Source: Dehalococcoidia bacterium
Lineage (GTDB): Bacteria > Chloroflexota > Dehalococcoidia > Bin125
Assembly: GCA_963663235.2 (NCBI GenBank)
Contig: CAXXNO010000004.1
Location: 224,001 to 288,000 of the forward strand
Direction: 5' to 3'
Length of the DNA stretch: 64,000 nt
How positions within the stretch are numbered: position 1 is the first letter of the stretch; every line of letters starts with the position of its first letter. Below are positions 1 through 9,716 of this stretch, in pieces. Made by a program: the position numbers and the translations under genes. Under the pieces are notes generated by a model that was not told the origin of the DNA, did no database searches, and was given only the letters and a program-made list of their open reading frames with translations.

Positions 1-201
1 CTCCGAGAGCGGCGTGTTGCGGACGCGATCGGGGCCGAACTTTTCGCGCAGGCCGGCGGCGGTGGACCAGAGCGAGCCCATCTCGATGTCCTGGCCGGCG
101 AGGAAGATATCGGGGTTGTGTTCCATCTCCCAGGCCTGCGCCTCGGCGACGGCCTGCCAGAACTTTTTGCCCTTCTTTTTTTCCTTCGTTTCGGCAGCCA
201 T
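1..201 (-). CDS. 2-oxoacid/acetoin dehydrogenase E1 beta subunit, N-terminal part (runs off window)
   Basis: Manual translation from ATG 201: MAAETKEKKKGKKFWQAVAEAQAWEMEHNPDIFLAGQDIE...GLREKFGPDRVRNTPLSE. ATG overlaps the alpha-subunit stop (TAATG). Confidence 0.9.
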   Translation of the reverse strand, partial: MAAETKEKKKGKKFWQAVAEAQAWEMEHNPDIFLAGQDIEMGSLWSTAAGLREKFGPDRVRNTPLSE

Positions 202-1175
202 TACGCCGTCACCTCCGTGTAGACATCGTCTAAGAGGGTGGACACATCGGGCTCCGGGCTCTCCTCGGCGAATTTGATGGCCTCTTCCACATCGTTGCGG
301 ATCGATTCCACGATCTCGTCGGCCTGGGCCTGGGAGAGGACGCCGCGCTCCGCCAGCAGGGAGCGGAAGAGTGCGATGGGATCGCGCGACTTCCAGTGGG
401 CGACCTCGTCCTCGGGGCGGGGGACCGCGCCGTAATCGCGGCCCACGTGGTCGTAGTAGCGGTAGGTCTTGGTCTCGATGAGAGAGGGCCCTTCGCCGCG
501 GCGGGCGCGGGCGACGGCCTCGCTGGCCGCTTCGTGGACGGCGAGGACGTCCTGGCCGTCGACGGCGACGCCGGGCATGCCGTAGCCGTTGGCGATGTCG
601 GAGACGTCCTGAATGGCGTGCTGCGTGTCGAAGCGCATGAACTCGCCGTAGAGGTTGTTCTCGCAGACGAAGACGACGGGCAGTTTCCAGGTGGCGGCGA
701 GGTTCATGGCCTCGTGGATGGCGCCCTCGGAGGCGGAGCCGTCGCCGAAGAAGCAGACCACCACCTGGCCCTTGTCCCGGTGCTTGCAGGCATAGGCGGC
801 TCCGGCGGCGATGGGCGCCCCGGCGCCGAGGATGCCGTTGGCGCCGAGGATGCCCAGGTCCAGATCCGCCATGTGCATGGAGCCACCCTTGCCGTGGCAG
901 TAGCCGGTGGCCTTGGCGTAGAGCTCGGCGAACATCTTCTTGATGTCGCCGCCCTTGGCGATCAAGTGGCCGTGGCCGCGGTGGGTGGAGGTGATGTAGT
1001 CGTCGTCGTTCAGGGCGGAGCAGACCCCGACGCCGGACGCTTCCTCGCCCACGTAGAGGTGGACGGCGCCGACGACCTTGGCCTGCTCGGAGAGGACGCC
1101 GGCGCGCTCGTCGAACTCGCGGATCCTGACCATGCGCGTGAGCATGTCGATGAGCTTGTCGTTGCTGATCTCCAT
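201..1175 (-). CDS. TPP-dependent dehydrogenase E1 alpha subunit (acoA/pdhA-like)
   Basis: HLYVGEEA, STHRGHGH, GKGGSMH and the GDG..N TPP motif. GGAGG RBS lies before ATG 1175. Confidence 0.92.
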   Translation of the reverse strand: MEISNDKLIDMLTRMVRIREFDERAGVLSEQAKVVGAVHLYVGEEASGVGVCSALNDDDYITSTHRGHGHLIAKGGDIKKMFAELYAKATGYCHGKGGSMHMADLDLGILGANGILGAGAPIAAGAAYACKHRDKGQVVVCFFGDGSASEGAIHEAMNLAATWKLPVVFVCENNLYGEFMRFDTQHAIQDVSDIANGYGMPGVAVDGQDVLAVHEAASEAVARARRGEGPSLIETKTYRYYDHVGRDYGAVPRPEDEVAHWKSRDPIALFRSLLAERGVLSQAQADEIVESIRNDVEEAIKFAEESPEPDVSTLLDDVYTEVTA

Positions 1176-1271
1176 CCGCCACACCTCCCGTGCCGGTAAA
1201 GCGCCCGGATCCGGAGACAGTCCGGCCCGGTGAGTCTGCCGCGCCAGACTAGGAGCCGGGATCAGAACGTG

Positions 1272-1775
1272 TCAATTGAGCCCGCGGGCCGCGCGCCAGG
1301 CGGCCAGCACGTCGGGGTCGGAGGGGAAGGCCGGGGGCGGGAGGGCGTCCCAGGGAAAGTAGCGCAGCGCCCGCGCCTCCGGGCCGGGGCGAAGCACGCC
1401 CCCGACAGGCCGGGCGCGATAGACCACGAGGACGACGGGATCGCCACGATGGGAGAAGACGCCCAGCAAGCCGTCCAAGGCGACCTCCAGACCGGTCTCC
1501 TCCCGCACCTCGCGGATCGCGGCCTCGGGCACTACCTCGCCCCGATCGACGAAGCCGGCGGGGAAGGCCCAAGCGCCCATCTGGGGCTGGTGATCGCGCT
1601 GGGTGTAGAGCAAGCGGCCCTCGTCGTCCTCGATGAGCACCGCCACCGCCAGTTTGGGGTCGGCATAGTGCACGAAGTCGCAGCGGGGGCAGGCGGGCCG
1701 GCGCGCGCCCTGGACGTCCCGTGGCTGGAGCGGTGCGCCGCAGGCGGGACAAAAGCAAGGGTCGGCGTTCTCCAT
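1272..1775 (-). CDS. NUDIX hydrolase with N-terminal zinc ribbon
   Basis: CPACG...CPRC ribbon and Nudix box GFVDRGEVVPEAAIREVREETG. Confidence 0.9.
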   Translation of the reverse strand: MENADPCFCPACGAPLQPRDVQGARRPACPRCDFVHYADPKLAVAVLIEDDEGRLLYTQRDHQPQMGAWAFPAGFVDRGEVVPEAAIREVREETGLEVALDGLLGVFSHRGDPVVLVVYRARPVGGVLRPGPEARALRYFPWDALPPPAFPSDPDVLAAWRAARGLN

Positions 1776-1792
1776 GGAACGAGCAGCCAGCG

Positions 1793-2566
1793 CTAGAAGG
1801 GGAATTGCAGGCGCCGGAAGCGCTCATAGAAGCGCCCGTCCTCGTCCTTCCAGCGGGCGCGGACGAAATCGAAGAACTCCTTCTCCCGATCAGCGAACTG
1901 CGAGGTGTGCTGGAGCAGCGCCTTGATCTTCAGTTCGACGATATCGGTGATGTCGACACGGAAGTTGGGGTCGTTGCTGCCGAAGACGAAGAGCTCGGCG
2001 ACGTTGTGGGTCTCGAGGCCTGCGTCCAGCTGCTCAGGGAAGTTGAGATGGTCGCGGGCGGTGGGGTAGACGGCGTCGATGGCCATGGTGCCGGCCATGC
2101 GGTGGTCGCGGTGATTGACGAAGCCCATGAACTCCGGCGTGTCCGGGGTGCGGGTCGACTCGGTGGGAAACTGCAGGACCTCCGGGCTGTGCGTAAAGAC
2201 GGCATGGGGCCGCAGCCGGCGGATCTCCCGCACGATCATCCCGAGCACGTCGCGGTGGTACTCCAACTCGCCGTCCTCCCAGCCGAGGAAGGTGCAGCTG
2301 AGCACGCCGAGGGTCTCGGCGGCGGCGCGCTGCTCGGGCTCGCGCAGGGCGATCAGGCGCTCGCGGGGCATCTCCCGGTCGGCGGTGCCTTTGGCACCGT
2401 TGGTCACGACGAGGTAGTGGAACTGCCAGCCGTCGCGCGACCAGAGCGCCGCCGTGCCGCCGACGCCGAAGTCGGGGTCGTCCGGGTGGGCGGCGATCAC
2501 CAGCGCCACCTTGGGTGGCGTCTCCTCAGGGGGTTGCGTCTGCTCAGGCGTTTCGTCCACCGGCAA
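1793..2566 (-). CDS. PIG-L/LmbE family deacetylase
   Basis: AHPDD and HRDH motifs. Start uncertain; TTG 2566 follows AGGAG. Confidence 0.85.
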   Translation of the reverse strand: MPVDETPEQTQPPEETPPKVALVIAAHPDDPDFGVGGTAALWSRDGWQFHYLVVTNGAKGTADREMPRERLIALREPEQRAAAETLGVLSCTFLGWEDGELEYHRDVLGMIVREIRRLRPHAVFTHSPEVLQFPTESTRTPDTPEFMGFVNHRDHRMAGTMAIDAVYPTARDHLNFPEQLDAGLETHNVAELFVFGSNDPNFRVDITDIVELKIKALLQHTSQFADREKEFFDFVRARWKDEDGRFYERFRRLQFPF

Positions 2567-2725
2567 TCCGAGCGCGCTCCTTTTATCGGTCGTTGGGCCG
2601 GCGCGGCCGGCCACCAGCCCTGTGGGGTGCGCGGCTGGACCGCAACGGGACTGAGTCTCTCAGCCATTCTAGGAACGACGAGGCTTGAGGCGGAGGAGGG
2701 AGGCGTTGCATCGCGGCGAGGGCGG

Positions 2726-2755
2726 TTGACATAGGCGAAATCGCGGTGTTATGGT
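2726..2755 (+). promoter_or_regulatory. sigma70-type promoter of lexA
   Basis: TTGACA (2726-2731), 18-nt spacer, TATGGT (2750-2755) preceded by TG. Confidence 0.7.
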
Positions 2756-2765
2756 ACCGCCGCTA

Positions 2766-2777
2766 GAACACACGTTC
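2766..2777. promoter_or_regulatory. LexA (SOS) box GAAC-N4-GTTC
   Basis: GAACACACGTTC just downstream of the -10 of lexA; matches the Gram-positive/Chloroflexi-type box. Confidence 0.85.
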
Positions 2778-2781
2778 CATC

Positions 2782-2790
2782 TGTGGATAA
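2782..2790. promoter_or_regulatory. Consensus DnaA box in lexA leader
   Basis: TGTGGATAA is a perfect match; an imperfect GTTGGATAA follows at 2794-2802. Confidence 0.45.
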
Positions 2791-2863
2791 GATGTTGGAT
2801 AATCCGTACAAGTCCGCAGGGGGCGTGGAAGGCACGGGCCGGCCAACGAGACGCAGGGATCCC

Positions 2864-3502
2864 ATGAAAAGCCGCTCTGACAAGCAAGAACGCATCCTGG
2901 CATTCATCGGCGCCTTCCTGGAGGAGCACGACTATCCGCCCAGCATCCGGGACATCCAGGCGGGGTGCGGGATCTCGTCGACCTCCGTGGTGGACTACAA
3001 CCTGAAAGCGCTGGAGGCGCAGAACCTGATCCGGCGCGACCGGGAGGTCTCGCGGGCGATCCAGCTGGTGGAAAGCAGCAGGCGGGGCAACGGCACCGTG
3101 GCGGTGCCGGTCCTGGGCACCATCGCGGCCGGGCAGCCGCTGCCGCTGCCGGACGTGGAAGGGCTGGACGCGCGGGGGGCGGAGGAGACCGTCAGCGTCA
3201 CCCGGGAGATGCTGCGCGGGCGCGCCCACGTGTTCGCCCTGCGGGTGCGCGGCACGTCGATGATCGACGCCCTGGTGAACGACGGGGACATCATCCTGCT
3301 GCAACCGACGGACAGCGTGGATGACGGAGAGATGGCCGCCGTCTACCTCAACAGCAGCAACGAAACGAGCTTCAAGCGCGTGTTCCGCGAAGGCCCGCAG
3401 GTACGGCTCCAGCCGGAGAATGCCACGATGGAGCCGCTCTACGCCGCCGCCAACGACGTCACCGTCCAGGGAAGGTTCGTGGGTGTGGTGCGGGCGCTCT
3501 AG
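2864..3502 (+). CDS. lexA: SOS repressor LexA
   Basis: PPSIRDI wHTH, IAAGQP Ala-Gly cleavage site, VRGTSM catalytic Ser and FKR Lys. Confidence 0.96.
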   Translation: MKSRSDKQERILAFIGAFLEEHDYPPSIRDIQAGCGISSTSVVDYNLKALEAQNLIRRDREVSRAIQLVESSRRGNGTVAVPVLGTIAAGQPLPLPDVEGLDARGAEETVSVTREMLRGRAHVFALRVRGTSMIDALVNDGDIILLQPTDSVDDGEMAAVYLNSSNETSFKRVFREGPQVRLQPENATMEPLYAAANDVTVQGRFVGVVRAL

Positions 3503-4524
3503 CGTCGTGCCGCAGCGGCGCGTCGGCGGCCGAGGCCGGCCAAGTCCGCAACCAGCAACTCCACCGCCAGGTCCTGGGGCATCCCCCCGGGCCGGTCCTG
3601 CCAGTAGTCCTGAATCTGCACCTCACAGCGCAGGATCCGCTGCATCGCCGCGCCGAGCGCCGCCAGCGAGAAGCGACGGGCCTGCTCGACGACGCGCCGG
3701 GCGACGAAGTCCTGCACCTTGAGCTGCTCCTGGACGTCGGCGGGGGAGCCGCCCCGGTCCAAGATCTCCCGCGCGACCACCAACATGCGGAACTGACGGG
3801 CGAGCATGGCGATGATGCGTTGGGGGGCCTCGCCCTCGTCGCGGAGGCGTTCGAGGGCCTGGAGAGCAACGGACCCGCGGCCCTCCGCTACGCCGTCCAC
3901 GAGGCGGAAGATGTTGCCCTCGCGGCTGCGGGCGACGAGGGCGCGGACGTCCGGCTCATCGACGGTGTCGGCGCCGGCGTAAGTTTTTAGTTTGTCCACT
4001 TCCGAGGCGAGCACCCAGAGGTTGCGCCCCACCCGTTCCACGAGGAGGCGCACGGCCGCCGGGGTCAGATCAAGGCCGAGCGCGCGGGCGCGATCGCGCA
4101 CCCAGGGGGCGAGCTGGCGCTCCGCGGGGAGCGGGAACTCCCGCACCTCCCCGGCGGCGTCGATCATCTCGCGGATAGGGTTGCGGAGACGCACGGCGTC
4201 TTCGACGAAGACGAGGAGGGTCGTGTCGGGGACGGCGGCGAGCAGATCGGCGAGCGGCGTCCAGTCGCCGACGTCACGGCGGCGGCGGCCGGCGCCGTTG
4301 CGCGCGTCGAAGCGGCGGCAGAGCCCCTCGACGACGACGAGGCGGTACTCGGCCAAGAACGGCACCGTGGTCGCGGCGGCGCGGAGCTCGGCCAGCGTGA
4401 TCGATGCGCCGTTGAGGGTGACGGTGTTGGTGGCCAGGCCGCCGTCGCGGTCGTGGGCGGCCTTGAGAGCGGTTAAAGCCTCGCGGCGGGAGAAGTCGTC
4501 GGGGCCGGTGAGGAGGAGGATCAC
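3499..4524 (-). CDS. holA: DNA polymerase III delta subunit
   Basis: MILLLTGPDDF, TVPFLAEYRLVVV, EVDKLKTY and IFRLVDGV motifs. Confidence 0.9.
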   Translation of the reverse strand: MILLLTGPDDFSRREALTALKAAHDRDGGLATNTVTLNGASITLAELRAAATTVPFLAEYRLVVVEGLCRRFDARNGAGRRRRDVGDWTPLADLLAAVPDTTLLVFVEDAVRLRNPIREMIDAAGEVREFPLPAERQLAPWVRDRARALGLDLTPAAVRLLVERVGRNLWVLASEVDKLKTYAGADTVDEPDVRALVARSREGNIFRLVDGVAEGRGSVALQALERLRDEGEAPQRIIAMLARQFRMLVVAREILDRGGSPADVQEQLKVQDFVARRVVEQARRFSLAALGAAMQRILRCEVQIQDYWQDRPGGMPQDLAVELLVADLAGLGRRRAAAARR

Positions 4525-4720
4525 GAAGTCACGCGCCGATCACCACGGTCAGTGACCCAGTGTAGGGGGCTCCGTGTGTGGCGGCGTCTCGGCCGCGGCT
4601 AGTCCGGGACCAGAGTGACGCCGTCCTTGCGCGAGAGCCCGGCTATCTGAAAGCCGGGGTGGGTGTCCTGCGGCGGGCCGCCGTCAGCAGCCATTGTGTG
4701 CTTCCGGTGGTGTCGATGCG

Positions 4721-5587
4721 CTAGGGCCAGCCCACGCCTTCGACCTCGACCTGGACCGCGCGGATGCGGGCGTTGCCGGGGCCTTTAATCTGGTGGAGGC
4801 GGCCGCTGAAGGCTTCCAGCAGGAAGAGGGTGCGGCGGTCGGGGCCGCCGAGCATGCAGGCGAAGCCGTTGCGGTCATCGGCGAAGATCTGCTCTTTCAC
4901 CTCGCCGCCCTCGGCGACGCGGACGAAGCGGCCGGGCGGGCGGGGGACGGCGAACCAGACGCAGCCCTCGGCGTCCAGGCAGATGCCATCCGGGAGGCCG
5001 TCGACATTGGCCCAGAGGCGGCGGTTGGAAAGCGAGCCATCGGCGGCGACGTCGAAGGCGGAGAGGCGCTTGGCGTAGGTCTCCGCCACGATCAGCGTGC
5101 GGCCATCCGGGGTGATGACCGCGCCGTTAGGGAAGGCGAGGCCGGAGGCGGCGACGCGGGCCATTCCAGAAGAAGGACCGTCCGGGGTGACGAGGATGAG
5201 GTCGGCATCGCGCTGGTCGGCGCCGCCGAGCATGTCGAAGCCGAAGTTGCCGACGTAGGAGCGGCCCTGGGCGTCGGTGACCATGTCGTTGCAGTGGCCG
5301 GTGGCGAGGGCGGAGAGATCGGCGTGGAGGGCGAGGCCGTCGGGGTCGAGGCGCATCAGTTTGAGGTCGGTCATAGAGACGACGAGGAGCCGACCGTCCG
5401 GCAGGAAGCCGAGGCCGGAAGGCCAGTTGGGGACCGCGACGATGGTCTCGCGGTTGCCCTGGAGGTCGACGGCGACGACCTCGTGGGCGTGCATGTCGGA
5501 GAACCAGAGGCGGCCCTCGTGCCAGCGCGGTCCCTCCGCGAAGAGGAGGCCGTCAAGCAGGACGGTGGGCTTGCGCTCCGGCATCAA
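4721..5587 (-). CDS. SMP-30/gluconolactonase/LRE family protein
   Basis: FAEGPRWH, CNDMVTDAQGR, FPNG and PDGICLDAEG motifs. Confidence 0.92.
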   Translation of the reverse strand: MMPERKPTVLLDGLLFAEGPRWHEGRLWFSDMHAHEVVAVDLQGNRETIVAVPNWPSGLGFLPDGRLLVVSMTDLKLMRLDPDGLALHADLSALATGHCNDMVTDAQGRSYVGNFGFDMLGGADQRDADLILVTPDGPSSGMARVAASGLAFPNGAVITPDGRTLIVAETYAKRLSAFDVAADGSLSNRRLWANVDGLPDGICLDAEGCVWFAVPRPPGRFVRVAEGGEVKEQIFADDRNGFACMLGGPDRRTLFLLEAFSGRLHQIKGPGNARIRAVQVEVEGVGWP

Positions 5588-5633
5588 GGATCCTTTCTCA
5601 GGCCATCTGCGGCCAGCCAGATCCGGCCGCGGC

Positions 5634-7958
5634 TCAGCCCGTCACGGTGAACGCCGTCATGGCGGTTGCCGCGGGATCGGCCTGGGTGGCGGTCATGGTG
5701 AGCACCTCATCGATCTCGCCGAAGAACTGGTAGTTGAACGTGGCCGTGCCGGCCGCGTTCGCGACCGCCATCAAGGTGTCGCCGGTGACGATGTCCAGAG
5801 TGATGGTCGCTCCGGGCTCGGCGCCGACGACGGTGATGGTGGCCATGGTGCCGTTGGGGCCGCTGTCGGGGCTGACGGAGACGCCGAAGGGCGGCGGCTC
5901 GGTGATGGTGAAGGTGGCGAAGGCGGTCTGCTGATCGCCCGTCGGTCCGGCCGTGACCTCGAAGTTAAACACGTCCCCCGGCTCGCCATCGGCGAAGAAG
6001 AGCGAGAGGACGCGGCCGTCGGCATCGGCCGTTCTCACGTCGGTGCTGAGCAGAACGCCGCCCCGCAGGACGCGAATCACGATCGGGTCGCCGGGGAGGG
6101 CGCCGGTGATGATGATCTCGCCGGTGGTCCCGACGAGTCCCGACGATGGCACAATCGCCACCGCCAACGCTCGCTCCTCGATCTCCATCACCGGCTCGGC
6201 AGCCGTCCCGGTGATGGTGAACTTGGTGGTGGCCGTCTCGGTTCCAGCGGTGGCCTTGATGGCGATCTCGTCGCCGGGCTGGCCGGCGAACTGTTCGGAG
6301 GCCGAGGCGCGGCCGTTCCGGTCGGCGGTCAAGAAGTGCCGAGGCGTGCCAGCGACGTCGATATCGACGGCCTGGAAGGGGTCGGCGCCCTCGACGCTGA
6401 TCTCGCCGGTCGTCGCGGAGGGCCCGCTGGCGGGCGTTACCGTCACGGTCAACGTCTGCGCCGCTCCAGCGCCGGCCTGGGCCGCCTGTGGCAGCCAGAG
6501 GAACTGCAGCGTGGAGGTGAGCCAGTAGACCCCACCGCTCATAAAGCTGGTGAAGCCTTGCAACGTATCGTCGCGGCCGGGCACCCAAAGCAGCCAGCTG
6601 GCGACCGGGTCCAAGTACCAAATGCGAGTGACGTAGGCCAGAGCGTCAGCGCCGAGAACGTCCGCCACGGGGGCAGTGACGCCCGCGTACCCATACGGGT
6701 TGGAGCCACGGTAGAGTTGCGCGCCTTCGCGGCCGGTGATCGTGAACGTCGCGCGGACCTCGATCTCGCCGGTCGGCAGGAGCCACTCGATGGCCCGGAT
6801 CTCGATGGTGTCGCCGGGCTCGCCGCGGAACGTGTCCTGGATCTCGATCACGCCGTTCTCGTCGGCGACCTCGCCAAGATTGACGGTGGGCAATTCGCGC
6901 AAGGCCACCGACCCGCCGGGGCGCACGCCGGTGACGCGAATCGTCGCGACGGTGCCGCTGGGGCCCTCGGATGGCATGATGGTCACCGCGAGGCCGGCGG
7001 CCCCGCCGCCGACCACTCCGCCGCCCTGCTCGCCGTCTTGCGGCAGGGCGGTGATCGTGAACTGGGCCGAGCCGGTGCGGTCATTGCCACCAAAGCCGGC
7101 CGTGGCGTCGATCGGGACGACGTCGTCCACTTGCCCGTTGAAGGTGTGCGTGGTGGTAGCGCGGCCGTTGGCGTCGGCGGTGAGGTTGGTCGAGCCCTGG
7201 CCGATCTGCAGAGTGATGGGTGCGCCGGGCTCAGCGCCCTCGATGGTGATGGTGGCGGTCGTGCCGGTGGGGCCGGAGTCCGGAGACACGGTCACCGTGA
7301 GAGCGGCGGCGTTGCCGTCGCCGGCTGCCACCGGGAAGAGCCAGCGGAAGCCCGCGGTGGTGACGAACCAATAGAGCTGTCCGTCAACGAACTCCGGCGG
7401 GGGCTGCGTGCTCAGATTCGGGGGGAGGGGAGAAAGCGGCCAGACGAGCTGCCACTGCTGGGTGGCGGCGTCGAAGGTCCAGATCCGTTCGACGTTGTCG
7501 AGGTTGGACCCAAGCGCGGTGTCGATGCTCACGGTGGGGCCGGAGTAGACGACGGCGCTGCCGCCGGCCGCGACGTCGACGCCGGTGGGGCCTGCGGCCT
7601 TGATCGTGAACTGCGTCGAGGCGGTGGGACTGTCGGCCGAGGGCCCCGCCTGGGCGCTGATCGGGATCACCTCGTCGGGCCGGCCGAAGAACGTATGGGT
7701 GAAGGTGGCGTTGCCGTTGGCATCGGCGATGCCGGTGGTCAGGCCCCGGCCGATGGTCAAGGTGATGGGGTCGCCGGGCTGAGCGCCGCTGACGGTAATG
7801 GTGGCCTGCGTGCCGGAGGGGCCCTCATCGGGCGACACCATGACCGCGAGCGACGAGCCCCCCTGCGCGTGCGGCCCCGCATCCGCAAGCAGCGCCGCGA
7901 GCAGCATGGCGGCAAGCAGTGCCGCAACGACCCCGACCCGGTGTATCCGTCTGGCCAC
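5634..7958 (-). CDS. Secreted protein with six Ig-like repeats and two Trp-rich modules
   Basis: Signal peptide; six ~85-aa units starting [LF]xVx[VI]xPxxGxxxTxxxIxxxG; AGGGAGG before GTG 7958. Confidence 0.85.
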   Translation of the reverse strand: MARRIHRVGVVAALLAAMLLAALLADAGPHAQGGSSLAVMVSPDEGPSGTQATITVSGAQPGDPITLTIGRGLTTGIADANGNATFTHTFFGRPDEVIPISAQAGPSADSPTASTQFTIKAAGPTGVDVAAGGSAVVYSGPTVSIDTALGSNLDNVERIWTFDAATQQWQLVWPLSPLPPNLSTQPPPEFVDGQLYWFVTTAGFRWLFPVAAGDGNAAALTVTVSPDSGPTGTTATITIEGAEPGAPITLQIGQGSTNLTADANGRATTTHTFNGQVDDVVPIDATAGFGGNDRTGSAQFTITALPQDGEQGGGVVGGGAAGLAVTIMPSEGPSGTVATIRVTGVRPGGSVALRELPTVNLGEVADENGVIEIQDTFRGEPGDTIEIRAIEWLLPTGEIEVRATFTITGREGAQLYRGSNPYGYAGVTAPVADVLGADALAYVTRIWYLDPVASWLLWVPGRDDTLQGFTSFMSGGVYWLTSTLQFLWLPQAAQAGAGAAQTLTVTVTPASGPSATTGEISVEGADPFQAVDIDVAGTPRHFLTADRNGRASASEQFAGQPGDEIAIKATAGTETATTKFTITGTAAEPVMEIEERALAVAIVPSSGLVGTTGEIIITGALPGDPIVIRVLRGGVLLSTDVRTADADGRVLSLFFADGEPGDVFNFEVTAGPTGDQQTAFATFTITEPPPFGVSVSPDSGPNGTMATITVVGAEPGATITLDIVTGDTLMAVANAAGTATFNYQFFGEIDEVLTMTATQADPAATAMTAFTVTG

Positions 7959-8159
7959 GACGACCTCCCTTATCATGCAGGCGCAGGAACGGCTCGCAAG
8001 CGGCCCACCGCCGCAGCGGAGCGCGCCCGCGGCGAGTCCTGGGGGATCTTAGGAGAACGGGAGACGGAGCGCATCGGCGCCGGGGCATCGGACGGTCGTG
8101 CGAGTATTGACGCCTCGCGGCGCGGACACCTAGCCTCGGCCGAACTATCGGAGGCAGCA

Positions 8160-9710
8160 ATGACACTCCTCTTCCGTCGTTGGTCTGGAGCCCTTGGCGT
8201 CCTCGCACTGGTCGCCGCCGTCGTGGGGCTCTCCGGTGCGCCGGACCCGAGTGCGGCCGCCTCGCCCGACGTTCGCGCGCAACAGGTCGACGAATCGGAC
8301 GGCGCCCTCACTCTCAACGACGGCGGCCAGTTCGTCTTCTGGTCCTTCGGGCCCTTCGACGCTGCCAACATCTTCGGGACTGTCAAGATCGCCTGGCTCT
8401 TCGACCCCGGCGCCGTGACCTGGACGGCCTTCATCCCCGCCCTCGGCACCGTCAACTTCCCCCTCGCCGATGGCGACGTGCTCTGGATCGTCTCCGAGGG
8501 CGATCAGGTCATTGACCTCGCGGGCGACGTTGTCACCGCCGACGATGGCAGCGCCACCCTCACCATCCCCCCCGGCGCGCTCCCCGAGGGCGTCTCCCCG
8601 GCCGACATCCGCATCCTCCCCGCCGACCGCGGCGAGGCCCTCGCCGCCTTCGAACTGCTCCCCGATGGGCTCACCTTCGCCGCGCCCGTCACGCTCACAC
8701 TGAGCCTGGAGGAGGGAGTGGAGGGCGCGGTCATCTTGCTGATCTCATCGGATGGCGCGGTGGAGTTGCTCGACACGGCGATCAGCGAGGATCCTGAAAC
8801 CGGCGGTCTCTCCCTCAGCGCCAGGCTGAGCCACTTCAGCTTCTCCTACGGGATCGATCTCATGGGCGTGATGGACACCGACCTCGCTCTCGCGGACGCC
8901 AGACCACAGGTCGGCGAACAGTTCGACGCCACGGTGGAGATCGACTTGGGCTCCGGCGCGTCGGGCACGGTTCCGGACCCTCTCACCGGCGAACCCCTCT
9001 TCGTGTTCTTCCAGCCCGTTAGCGACGCGGGGTTCCTCGCCGGTGGGCGACTCACGGCGGAGGGCCCGCTGGATCCAGCCACAGTCGATGATCTCCCTGC
9101 CGACCGCTCCGATCCCGGCACAACCGCGCCCTTCTTCTTTGAGCGCGCGATGTTCACCTGCCTGACGCCCGGCGCCTTCAGCCTGAATTACGCGGGCGAG
9201 GCTGAGTTGACGATCGGTGGCTCGGTGCTGCCAGAATCGGGTGATCTGCGGTCCCTGAAGCCGCGCGTTGTCACGGTCCGCCTCCGGGACGTGGTCCGCG
9301 ACGAGTGCGGCCCCAACCCCACCCTCGCCTGGGAAAACGTCTACACGCCCTTCGACGACACCAACGTCTACACGGCCGGGCTCCTGGATCCGTTTGATGA
9401 ACTCGACGCCGACACCAGCACGGTCGAGTGGATACTCATCAATAGTGTCTGCGGCGATCCCCGGCGCACGGGCGAGTTCAGCTACGCGTACTCTCACGGC
9501 ATCAACAGCGCCGACGGGGAGGGCCCGCTCTCCTCCTGTAGCCTCCCGCAGGAGGAAGTCTTCAGCCTGGCGTTTGTCGTCACGCTGACGCTCCGCTCCG
9601 GCGGAGCCTGCGAGTTCAGCTACCTCCAGGAGACCGCCCGCGCCCTGCAGAACCGGGGCCCACAGAACGTCCAGTGGACCGGCTTGTTCTGCGACCTGCC
9701 GGGAGGTTGA
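8160..9710 (+). CDS. Secreted protein: N-terminal Trp-rich module, ZU5-like domain, Cys-containing C-terminal region
   Basis: GGAGG RBS then ATG 8160; signal peptide; LTIPPGAL..PDGLTFAAPVTL..HFS. The upstream part of the 1477-aa track ORF is a shadow. Confidence 0.82.
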   Translation: MTLLFRRWSGALGVLALVAAVVGLSGAPDPSAAASPDVRAQQVDESDGALTLNDGGQFVFWSFGPFDAANIFGTVKIAWLFDPGAVTWTAFIPALGTVNFPLADGDVLWIVSEGDQVIDLAGDVVTADDGSATLTIPPGALPEGVSPADIRILPADRGEALAAFELLPDGLTFAAPVTLTLSLEEGVEGAVILLISSDGAVELLDTAISEDPETGGLSLSARLSHFSFSYGIDLMGVMDTDLALADARPQVGEQFDATVEIDLGSGASGTVPDPLTGEPLFVFFQPVSDAGFLAGGRLTAEGPLDPATVDDLPADRSDPGTTAPFFFERAMFTCLTPGAFSLNYAGEAELTIGGSVLPESGDLRSLKPRVVTVRLRDVVRDECGPNPTLAWENVYTPFDDTNVYTAGLLDPFDELDADTSTVEWILINSVCGDPRRTGEFSYAYSHGINSADGEGPLSSCSLPQEEVFSLAFVVTLTLRSGGACEFSYLQETARALQNRGPQNVQWTGLFCDLPGG

Positions 9711-9716
9711 GCGGCC

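Noticed and set aside
4638-4658. Hairpin CCCGGCT-7nt-AGCCGGG as terminator or REP
   Set aside because: No U-tract and no second copy noticed in the window.
5277-8159. First ~960 codons of the 1477-aa plus-strand ORF
   Set aside because: Antisense shadow of real minus-strand genes in GC-rich DNA; the real gene starts at ATG 8160 with an RBS and signal peptide.
9708-9710. UGA read-through as Sec (also considered the UGA at 13430, which aligns with a Trp in the sister module)
   Set aside because: No redox-motif context or convincing SECIS seen, and downstream sequence does not continue the domain.
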